Assembly: GCF_963676685.1 (NCBI RefSeq)
Contig: NC_092348.1
Location: 13,764,001 to 13,828,000, forward strand
DNA: 64,000 nucleotides
Source: Mytilus edulis
Lineage: Eukaryota
Direction: 5' to 3'
The notes under the pieces are model-generated. The model was given only the letters and a program-made list of their open reading frames with translations, was not told the origin of the DNA and did not search any database. A program made the translations under genes and the position numbers. Shown here one piece after another: positions 13,491 through 23,848 of the stretch. Every line of letters begins with the position of its first letter. Position 1 is the first letter of the stretch.

Positions 13491-14557
13491 CTCAGAAAGG
13501 GAGGCTTTTCTGAGGGAGCAACCAAGCGTATCTCAGGATCAGTCAGAAAATCTACAGGAGCAGTGTATGACTCCAAATGGTCAATTTTCTGTACTTGGTG
13601 TCTGTCGAAACAGATTGATCCTAGCACAGTTACTGTCCAACAGTTAAGGGATTTTTTCCTTCATCTTTTTGAAGAAAAGGGTTATTCTCCTTCTTCTATA
13701 AAGGGATATAGATCTGCCATAGCCAGAACAATATCACTTTCAGGAGGCTCTGATTTTGGTGACAATGAGTTTTTGTCTTTGTTGATAAAAACTTTTGCCT
13801 TAATAGACCTCGTCAAAGGCGTTTGGTTCCTTCTTGGGACTTAGGTTTAGTTTTGAAGGTTCTTCAGTTCCCGACTTTTGAACCTTTACATTCAGCCTCC
13901 TTGAAATTTTTATCTTATAAATGTTGTTTTCAGATAGCTTTGGCTACTGGTCGCAGAAGGAGTGAGATTCATGCCTTGTCAATTTCCGAGTCTTGTCTCC
14001 GCTTTGCGGCTGATAAGTTTTCAGTTACTCTTCTCACTGATCCATCTTTTCTAGCAAAGAACCAGTTACCTGATAAAGGTTCTGGTTTAATTGTTATTCC
14101 TGCGTTACCTCCAACGGCGGATAATCAGGTTTTGTGTCCAGTGAGAGCCTTGCTTGTTTACCTAGCTTCTTCAGCTAATTTAAGATCTGCTGGTTCTTCT
14201 AGGTTGTTCATTCCTATTAAAAAAGGAATTTCTTACATTTCTGCTAAAACCATTTCTACCTGGATTTGCAATACTGTCATTTTGGCTTATAAGTCTGCTT
14301 CTTCTGAAGTTTTAGTTAAACATCAAGTTAAAACACATGAAGTTAGAGCTTTAGCCTCTTCTTGGAACATTTTTAATTCCTCCTCTATGTCCGAAATCAT
14401 GTCAGCTGGTTTTTGGAGGTCTGATAGTGCCTTTTATAACCATTATTTACGTGCCATGCCTCTTCATTGCGACAACCTCTATTTTTTAGGGCCTTTAGTT
14501 GCTGCTCAACAGGTTGTTTTTCCTCCTCCTAGTGATGGGGATTCAGCGCTTCGTTAA
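13480..14557 (+). pseudogene. DIRS tyrosine recombinase (one frameshift near 13790-13825)
   Basis: SIKGYRSAI, ATGRRRSEIHAL, LCPVRAL, HEVRALASS and GFW...FYNHYL supply the catalytic R, HxxR, W and Y residues. Confidence 0.93.
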
Positions 14558-14564
14558 ATTCTGT

Positions 14565-14661
14565 TATCTAAATTTATGAAGGGGAGGTATTTAATGTAAT
14601 AAAAATCAAATTTTTAGAATTAAAATTTAGTTTTGTAAATTAAATACTCACCTTCATAAAT
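14565..14661 (+). repeat. DIRS internal complementary region (ICR)
   Basis: The first half is the reverse complement of the left end (9594-9634) and the second half the reverse complement of the right end (~14823-14883). They join through AAAAA at 14601-14605. Confidence 0.95.
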
Positions 14662-14702
14662 CAGAGGTCCCCCCTTCATCCCCTTAGTGCCTAGCGTTTT
14701 AA

Positions 14703-14883
14703 GGAATAAATGGTGAAGGTTTAGGACGCACAGATATCAGGTGGGAGAGGTTGTCACGGGGTCATGGTTCTTTTTCTGGCTGGCTTCCGGTTGAATAATG
14801 CAGCGAGTGGACTGATATCTAAATTTATGAAGGTGAGTATTTAATTTACAAAATTAAATTTTAATTCTTAAAATTTGATTTTT
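14703..14883 (+). repeat. DIRS right ITR with 3' extension
   Basis: Inverted copy of the left ITR plus an AT-rich extension ending tgattttt. Confidence 0.95.
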
Positions 14884-15599
14884 CTTTGTAGAAGAATACT
14901 ATTGCTGCGATGTGGAAGAAAAATATACCTTTTGCTACTGAATGTTGTATCAGTTCCTTTGATGTGGGTAGATAATGTGTGACAAAACTGTGTCTGCACT
15001 AGACAAAAAAAAACCAACATATAGCACAGATAATATATTAAAAAAATAAAGTTACTTAGAGTGTTAAATAAAAAAAGTTTTAACAGAAGGGTACATTATA
15101 TTCTTAATGTCGTTGACATGTGGTTGTCCCGAATAGTATATCAATATTTGTATAAATTATTATAAAAAATTGCAAACTTACCGCATGTTGAAAAATATTT
15201 CGATCACGAATGATGTTTACGCGTTAGTGGTAACCTTTACACAACTTTTTTAAATTAATTATACCGTTAACAGAGGGTTCTGACAAAATCAGTTACTATC
15301 ATGAAAGACATATTTTATAGTTATCTTCTTTTGGAGTTACGATAGTCTTCCGTAAATTTTCAATGGCTATTATTTCGGTAACAAGGTCACATATGATATT
15401 AGAAACACACACATACAACATCGTGCATACCAACCTAGCGGCTGAGTAATTCTTTAAAAAAACGCGTGTACATGGAGAAATTACAAAAAGACGATTGTGG
15501 GCTCCGCCATGTTGGGATCACCATAACTGCACTTACATTGATGAGATTAACACCAGTTATCGTTTCCTAATATAGATGAAAGTAATGTTCTTGAATTAA

Positions 15600-15930
15600 A
15601 AGGAAATACGATGAACATTTGAATTTAAAAATAAAAGGAAATTTAAGTTCAGAGGTGATGATGATGAGATCCATTCTTAAAAACGTGACAGAACATCTAC
15701 TTGTTGACACGGAACAAGATGCAAAAGTGCAGAAATATATCAGTGTATTGCGTGACAACGGGGCTGTTATAAACTCTCAAATAGTTATCGCTGTCGCAAT
15801 GGTAATAATGAAAGGAACTGATTAAGACTTAGTTGAGTTCCGTTTTCAACTAACTAAAAATTGAGGGAAATCTTTGCTGCACAGAATGTATTTTGTGAAA
15901 CGTCGACTTTCGACTGCTTAAGCTTGTAAA
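15600..15930 (+). pseudogene. Pogo/Tigger-like (CENP-B HTH) transposase fragment
   Basis: DAKVQKYISVLRDNGAVINSQIVIAVA...LTKN*GKSLLHRMYFVKRRLSTA resembles the second HTH of pogo-like transposases. Confidence 0.65.
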
Positions 15931-15966
15931 AAGTTGAAAATTTCGAGGATTCCTACTCTCAACTTG

Positions 15967-16258
15967 GTTTCCTTTTTTGAGACGTATGGAATGGTATGAA
16001 ATTTGCTATGAGGAGACACAGAGTCATACTACTCTTTGAGCTGGGTACGGAACTGGCGTTCGTCATGTTGAGATGGACGTCAGAGAGGAAAAGCCTTTGC
16101 CTGTGAACTATGCAGAACAACTTACACATATAAAACTTCGTTTCCTTCTTGAGACGTGTAAAATGGAATTAGTTGCCATAAGGAATCACAGAACCATACT
16201 AATCTTTGAGCTGGGTACGGAACTGGCGTTCGTCAGATTGAGATGGACGTCAGAGAGG
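15967..16258. repeat. Two diverged ~120-bp direct repeats flanking a ~50-bp spacer
   Basis: 15967-16088 and 16140-16258 share ctttgagctgggtacggaactggcgttcgtca...gagatggacgtcagagagg. Confidence 0.85.
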
Positions 16259-16789
16259 GAACTCAGTTCGACATATCGCAATATACTATTGTCACTGCAG
16301 ATTAGATTGCCAAAGTAGTAACTACTAAAAAAATCGTCCAGGTTCCTACTCAGATGCTGTTCGAAGTCTCAGGTCAGCTGTAGTTATAAATGGTCAAGTT
16401 CCAGCTGATTCCAGTTGTACAACGGTTCCCCCACAAGACAAACTGAATGATGGATATGATGAAGACGTTTCTCCTATATTCAGCCAAGAGATAGTACATA
16501 TGATTTAGAAAACTCTCCTAGTTAACGTGAGAGCGAACTGGATCCTGATTCTGTATAAAAAGACAACTTGTAATGGGTCCCCCGCGATAATCGCGATAGG
16601 GGGTAAGAGGAAGACAATATTTTCCCTGGCAAGACAATCGTCAGCGAAGATAAGAGGAAGACGTGCGCGGGAGGTGGCAGGATGATGTTAGTATGGGTTC
16701 CTGCAAGACAAGCGCGGGAGGGGGCAGGAATCCACGGAGGATGAAAATGACTTTTTATCTGGTTGTGGCATATCCTTTAGTCCTGATAC

Positions 16790-17130
16790 GCTAGTCTATT
16801 GACAAGATTGAAAAGAAAAAACATTGTCTACCTGTTCTTAAACAATAACAATGGCTAGCCACAAGTGTAAAGATTTTGCCGACATTGGCAAATGTTTTCA
16901 GAAACAACATGTTTTTATCGACACTGAAGTAGAAATACTAAAAGTGAAGCAAGAACAGATTGATGATCGAGTTAAAATACTTGAAAACCAGGCCGAGTTT
17001 GCAAACGGTGAGCTGCACGACATTCATAACTCCAAAAACCAAACTTAAAGGCACAAATAGCCGAGGAGGCACATGAAAGTCTTAAATTGGAGGTGTGGAT
17101 TGGAAATGGAATTTAATTGTCCGTGGACTT
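16790..17130 (+). pseudogene. LINE ORF1 fragment (coiled coil plus NLIVRG motif)
   Basis: EVEILKVKQEQIDDRVKILENQAEF... followed, after frameshifts, by KWNLIVRGL. Confidence 0.55.
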
Positions 17131-17279
17131 CAGGTAACTGTTTGTGATACCCAAAAGATCACCCTTAACATAGTCTAGACATATCTTGGCATTGCACGAG
17201 GTCATGTTTTTCTCCGAATCTTTAAAACGTCTTAACACTAAATCCATTGGATGTGTACGATTTGATAATTAAGTCTTAG

Positions 17280-17778
17280 ATGCATGTTTTTTTATATGTT
17301 GTTAGTGGCTTTGAACTAGCTGTCAGTTACCTCTCAGATATGTACCTATTGTCTTTTGTTGTTTGAATGTGCAAGTACACGGCTACATTTACTTGTATTT
17401 TTACCCATCTGATGAGTTTAGCCTTTTTCAACTGATTTTATAATTCGTTCTTATGTTGTACCGTTATACCACTGTTCCAGCTAACATGTTTAAACCCGTC
17501 CCATTCTGGATGCATGTACAGAAGCCTGTAATGCAGTGGTTGTCGTTTGTTTATGTTTTACACAAGTCATTTGTTTTTCGTTCAATTTTGTACTTAAATT
17601 GGACTGTTTGAATTGTTTTTCATTGCTACTTCATGGCCTTTTATAACTTGCTATGCGGTATGGGCTTTTCTCATTGTTGAAGACCGTGCAATAACCTATA
17701 GTAGTTACATTCTGTGTCATGTGGTCTCTTGTGGAGATATGTCTTATTTGCAATCATATCACATCTTTTTTTTATATT
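17280..17778 (+). mobile_element. Non-coding PLE-type 3' tail repeat
   Basis: Ends gtcttatttgcaatcatatcacatctttttttt. Related tails occur at 18655-18730, 23710-23848, 25370-25650, 26450-26650 and 46550-46800. Confidence 0.6.
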
Positions 17779-17974
17779 GATAAAGAAATTAATCTATTAC
17801 AGATACTGATCTTATAAAACTTTTTTGCAAATGAAAAAATACATGTATATACATGAGTGTAATATGTTGGGTTTGTATCGTTTAATATATGTTATTATTA
17901 ACTGTATTTGATATAAATTGTGAATTTATAAAAGTACATTGGTCTGGGGGCCTGTTTTTTGTAAAATTGAATAA

Positions 17975-18420
17975 TTGATTGTTGGTTGCTTAACGTCCAG
18001 TAGCATATATTTCATGCCTGTTCAGGACGAGAACAAGTTAACAATAAATACAATAGGTACAATGTAGGTCTTGTTATTAATGCCATCCAGGATGTTGGTC
18101 AGGGAAATTTGGAATGCCACTGGAAAATGATGGTTTATTGGATAGGGACAGAAATTATGCTTTGCAACAGACCACTTACGGACTCCTCGAAGAGTTGTTG
18201 ACCGGACATGACTGCGAACTTGATACATCCCGCACAGCCATACGGACGCCCCACTTCGGCAAGCGTTTTACTGCCGGTCGAGAGAAGACCAAGTGACCAT
18301 ATTTCGTTACCCCAGTCACCCTTGGGCTGGTTTTAAAAAATAAACTGGATTTGATTCGCCAATGCAAGCACCAGTTTATCAACCACCATGACCAGCAGAA
18401 AGTGGTAAGCGAATAACATG
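17975..18420 (-). mobile_element. SINE-like element with CTGGACGTTAAGCAACCAACAATC 3' tail
   Basis: The same tail and body recur at 19835-19905 and 22595-22810 and end in (CAAT)n on the minus strand. Confidence 0.65.
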
Positions 18421-19220
18421 GACCTGAATAAAAAAAAATTTACCAGACAAAGAAATGATAGAACAAGCTATGGCCATACATGTGAATCTCCGAACAGGAG
18501 TACAGTAATCCGGTTTTTAGGAGTCCCTCCTGTCCACCCGTTAAAGACAAAAAAAAACTCCGGTGCCTTTTTTACGATTTTGTTTACAAATTTGTTTTTG
18601 AGGTCGGAAAAACCCGAGTTTATCGAACGTATCCGGTGAAACTGACATTTCTATAATGGTTTAATTTTTAAATTGTTATTTGGATGGAGAGTTGTCTCAT
18701 TGGCACTCACACCACATCTTCCTATATATATTTCCTAATCGCGACACATGTGGAGATTTTAATCTTTACCCAAGGCTAATTAACAAGTGATAATAGTTTG
18801 ATTGACCAAAGGTGTTGGTATATTAATTACTCGATGTGGCTTCTGTTTATGACACACGCCAAGGATGATACCGGTAAATACCGGCATTGATAGAAAAGTG
18901 AAATGCTGTTGTCAAAACATTTACCGGAAGGTTCTGATGCCGAAGAAAACATTTATCGTAGATGAAAACACTGGTAAAAGGAATGGGTTCAGCTCAATGT
19001 GAGCTGTTTGCTACACGCGCCGACAAAAAAATCATATCAGCAAAATCTTTGGTTTTCACACCATTATGTTTTCAAAATGCCAAAACGATATTCATCTCTG
19101 TCTTCATTGACACCAGTAGCAAAATATCAGAAATATTTGACAAAGTTCAACAATTCTTGGAAAGCTGACTTCAAATGGTGCCAACCCAATTCCAAAGTCC
19201 AAAACCAGGAAACTGCACCT

Positions 19221-19732
19221 CTAAAAGATATATTATGATGGCCGTAATGACATTACCATACATAGTGAGACCCCTTTTTACAAGCAGAAGCATGGATCCG
19301 TTTCACCAAATCTATCTGTAGCATCTATGCTCACTGAAACCAACCACTTTGACAAAGTTACACATGCTGACTGTTTTTGCCGACTTCATTGCTGACCCAA
19401 ACATACTGTCTCTGTTTACCAACATAATGCAGACGTTGAAATTCCTAACGTAGTCAAGACGAGAATGATAATACACTAAAAGATATATTATGATGGCCGT
19501 AATGACATTACCATACATAGTGAGACCCCTTTTTACAAGCAGAAGCATGGATCCGTTTCACCAAATCTATCTGTAGCATCTATGTTCACTGATACCAATC
19601 ACGTTGACAAAGTTACACATGCCGACTGTTTTTGCCGACTTCATTGCTGACACAAACATACTGTCTCTGTTTACCAACATAATGCAGACGTTGAAATTCC
19701 TAACGTATTCAAGAAGAGAATGATGATACACT
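19221..19732. repeat. Tandem duplication of a 255-bp unit
   Basis: ctaaaagatatattatgatggccgtaatgac begins at both 19221 and 19476, with few differences between copies. Confidence 0.95.
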
Positions 19733-19953
19733 TATATCATTTTATATGAACAATAGAGGCAAAGACTCCATATTACCAACTAACTACAGAGGAATTACAG
19801 TAACATCTGCCCTCAGAAAAATATTTGAATATGATTAATTAATTGTTGGTTGCTTATCGTCCAGTGGCATATATTTCATGAATATTCCGAACGAGAACTA
19901 TTTGAATATGCAGTAATGAACAAAATGACAGAACTAATAACAACTAATCGCAC

Positions 19954-20335
19954 TAGACGAAACACGCGTCTGACGTAAATACAAAATTTAATCCTGGTAT
20001 CTATGATGGAGTTTTATTTACAACCACTGGGTAGATGCCACTGCTGGTGGAGTTTTAATTTCCCGAGGGTATAACAGTAGTCATCACTTCTGTGCCGACA
20101 TGAATTATCATTGGTATGGTTATATTTATAAATTAACTGTTTACAAAACTTTTCAATTTTTGAAATACTAAGGCTTTTCTCTACCCCGGGAATGGATTAC
20201 ATTAGCTGTATTTTGCAAAACTTTTAGATATGTTGGTCCTCAATGCTTTTCAACTTTGTACTTTATTTGGCCTTTTTAACATTTATGAATTCGAGCGTCA
20301 CTGATAAGTCTTTTGTAGACGAAACGTGCGTCTGG
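19954..20335 (+). mobile_element. Non-LTR retrozyme monomer (362 nt) bounded by hammerhead ribozyme motifs
   Basis: GACGAAAC at 19956 and 20318 gives a period of 362. Partial hammerhead at the left end, full hammerhead motif at the right end. Confidence 0.85.
20295..20335 (+). ncRNA. Type I hammerhead ribozyme, core-mutated (CTGATAA instead of CTGATGA)
   Basis: gcgtca-CTGATAA-GTC ttttgta GAC-GAAA-C gtgc G-TC^tgg. Confidence 0.8.
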
Positions 20336-21099
20336 TCTATTTACGAAGAAATAGTCATGTCTGACTGTGTATATATGTAATTTTATTTACTCTGTGAAAA
20401 GAAAATCTCATGACCATGTCTCCATTGACTCAAAATTACAGAGACACCATGAAACCTTTCGTGACTGCCTCATCTGTTTTGGCTGCACACCAAATAAACT
20501 CGTTGACAGTATGCTGGTGAGTTTAGACTATGCCCAGCAATTGTCATGTTTAAAGTAATATGGCAAATTTGACTCGCCTTTCCATGGCATCGCGCGGAGC
20601 AAGTTTAAACAAGACCCTGCAATTGTTCATTTACTCGTCATGAATACAAATAAATCAAACACACCTGAAACCAACGAACACTACAATGCTATTCTCTTTC
20701 CCGGTTAAATTCAACAAAACAACGAACAAACAACAAAACCAAACAATATAAGACTTCGAAAATTCTGAAATGAACAAGAAATAAGCTTGATAATGACTAC
20801 AAATGACTTTCGCTAAATCACCTAATGTGGGCAACTAAAAACCACAGGAGTGACGATTAATAAGTGACAAATATCCTGACTTAAAATCCGGATAAATAGC
20901 ATATATTTAGCCAAATATCCATCTTCCTACGAATTGACTTCAAAAACAAATTGGGTCGATTGAAGGGCTGTACCTTTATAATACTTTATAATAACTGCAC
21001 GTGCAAATAATGCTGTGCTTTTCATATAGGACATAATAGTGTATGAAGTTCAGGAGTAACTGCATTAGTAATGAGATTTGTCTACCGATTCAGCAGTGG

Positions 21100-21440
21100 G
21101 GTATTCGTTGGAAGTTGGTTAATGTCAGCAGCTATTGATTTAGATAATTTAAGTTTTAATGTTGTCTCCAGACATTTCCCAATTGCAGTAGGTTTTGAGA
21201 TGTTGGTAGACCATATGTTAGGATGAGTTGTATAAAAGTTCTTACTAGTTGTATAGTAGTATTAGGATCAAGGTTGTCTGTCCATGCATACCAGCTGACA
21301 TTCAACTGTCGGCAGCTCTTCTTAATTTTGTGATACTTTGTTTGAAAGTAGCATATTGTGGATTTTAACTCGTTGTTAATCTTAGGATACCCAAGTGTAG
21401 AGATTTTTCGATAACTGGCGTTGTATTGATATTGAAACAT
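21100..21440 (-). pseudogene. LINE RT C-terminal fragment
   Basis: NLDPNTTIQLVRTFIQLILTYGL resembles the post-RT '...PILTYG' region of non-LTR elements. Confidence 0.45.
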
Positions 21441-22594
21441 TTTTATAAATATGCGAAACTAGACCGTCTGTAGTTTTTGTTTTTTTGCGATTCGAAGGCT
21501 GTACGTATGGGACTACACTTTTCGGAGCTTATTCACTAGATATTGTGATTCATGTGGATTTCACTTTACAAATATATACGTTACATAGATCGGCGCGTAA
21601 TTAACCTCCCTGTTGAACGCCTTGTAGAATTGGAAATTTTTTCTGAGATTTCAGTTTACCATTGCCTGATAAATTTCTTAACAGCCTTTTTAGTACGACT
21701 ACATCGAATGATGGTTTTGCATCAAAAAGGTATATACAAACGGGTGATATTTTGTGATATACTTCGAAAATGATGGCTGGACTTAATCTTGATGTCTTTT
21801 TGTAGGGTTGACTGTAGCTTTTAATAACCTTATCTTAAGTCTTTTCGTAAGATGAATTCACTGATTTCCAGTAGTATGATACATGTAAGAACTATTTTGC
21901 ATCATTTTTTCTCCTTTGTTTTTAAATAAGGGTGACAATAAAGTGATTTTGATAACTCTAAAAAAAAAAGAAAAAAAAAGAAGTAAAATCACAAAAATAC
22001 TGCACTCCGAGGAAAATTCAAGACGGAAAGTCCGCAATTAAATGGCAAAATCAAATGACAAAACACATCAAATGAGTGGACAACTGTCATATTCCTGACC
22101 TGGTACAGACATTTTCAAATGTAGAAAATGGTGGATTGAACCTGGTTTTATAGCGCTTAACCTCTCACTTGTATGACAGTCGCATCAAATTCCGTTTTAT
22201 TTACAACTATGCGTGATCAGACATAAGTAAAATAGTCAAAATATGCATGTGGGTACAGCAGTCATCACTGTGTTACAATATTAAAACAAACAAAATTTAC
22301 AAAAAAAGCACAAAGAGCATCTATCAAATTAAAAACAAGAACTATCTTTAAAAAAGATATCCGACGTATTTAAATTTGAGTATATGTTTAAAACTATTAT
22401 TTCGATAACCTTCAGAAGCACAATGACTTAATGATGCAGGACCTCTTTAATTAAATCTTCAGTATTCTCGGTCCTCGTATCTTTCTAAATCTGTTTACAT
22501 TCACCAAAACCCCGCGGAAATCTCACATGCGTACTGACTAGGTTCTAAAAGTCATGCAAGTTCGTACAACAAAGTTTACATTAAAAATTATATA

Positions 22595-22810
22595 TTGATT
22601 GATTGATTGTTGGTTGCTTAACGTCCAGTGGCAAATATTTCATGCATATTCAGGACGAGAACAAGTTAACAATAAATACTATAGGTAGGTTGTTATAATA
22701 AAGGAAGATGGTCGGGGAAATTTGAAATGCCACTGGAAAATGAGGGTATATTGGGTAGAGACAGAAATTTTGCCTAACAACAGGCCACCTACGGACCCCT
22801 AAAAGACGTT
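22595..22810 (-). mobile_element. 3' fragment of the SINE family seen at 17975-18420
   Basis: High similarity to 17975-18190, with a (CAAT)n tail. Confidence 0.7.
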
Positions 22811-23109
22811 ACATGACAGCAGTTTGTCCAATCACAGAAAGGATTTTCAAGCATGCATATTCTGTTGCCATAGTTTAGCGTCCTTAAGTTCAAAGGGCAC
22901 AAACCATAACTATACCGACTATGTCGGAAAACAATCATTGCTTCGCGTGTCTGACCTCAGAAAATATAAACGGGACATGGGAAGAAATTATGTCGTTCAA
23001 TGTATATTAAAGAAACTATATAATTTCACATGGGGAATGGTTGTATACAGGGTTAAATTATCAAAAGTTATGTTAGAATTATCCAGAATTGCTTTTACTT
23101 TACAAAACA

Positions 23110-23708
23110 GACCAGCAAAAGGATAGATAATACAAACACATTCACGGGATGTATAAGTACCGAGCCACGTCATATGGATATCGGAGAAAACAAACCAAAC
23201 AGTAAATGTAATCTAAATAATAAAACAAAGGCAAATAAAATATCAATATAATACGTTGTTAAGGTGATAAACAACGTCAGTACGCAGAATCTATACATCA
23301 AGACAATCCTGTATTATTTGTAAAGTTGATACGGAATATTCATCAACAAGGTCTTGGTACCTTCCGATAAACTTATTTAGAAAAAGGACGAGACGTTCTT
23401 TGACATACCTCTGGTTCATCATCCTTCTGCTCATACACTGGTGACGTTTAACAAAGTCTTGAGTAGGAGCTGCAAGCTCTTGAATTTGGATTAAGTTGAG
23501 AAATATATATCAAATATGCAGGTGAAGTTGGTAAATTGCTACTAAGGGGGGGGGGGGGGGATTTATAATTTGAAAAATCAGGCAGAGGAAGCCGTGTCTG
23601 TTGTTTCTTCTTGTTTTAGGGGAAATATTAATGGAACCCAATCAGAAAAGTTCGGATTGGTAATGGAAAGAACATCATCAATATGTTTGAAAGTGAAATT
23701 AAATAATC
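23110..23708 (-). mobile_element. Naiad-type PLE, 3' part (continues at 31572-32960)
   Basis: FKHIDDVLSITNPNFSDWVPLIFP RT motif, collinear with 52300-52840. The junction ...aaataatct|ggcttct resumes at 31572. Confidence 0.85.
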
Positions 23709-23848
23709 TATGGATATAGGAAGATGTGGTGTGAGTGCCAATGAGACAACTCTCCATCCAAATAACAATTTTAAAAAGTAAACCATTATAGGTCAATGTA
23801 CGGCCTTCAACACGGAGCCTTGGCTCACACCGAACAACAAGCTATTAA

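Larger units (their letters stand above)
9594..14883 (+). mobile_element. DIRS1-type tyrosine-recombinase retrotransposon, structurally complete but with stops and frameshifts
   Basis: Inverted terminal repeats, internal complementary region, gag-like ORF, RT/RNase H, methyltransferase-like domain and YR in the canonical order. TTTTT at both ends. Confidence 0.97.

Noticed and set aside
15967-16258. CRISPR-like array
   Set aside because: Only two long (~120-bp) diverged repeats, eukaryotic context and no cas genes.
17405-17440. CTGATGAG as a hammerhead core
   Set aside because: No stem II followed by GAAA and no NUH cleavage site.
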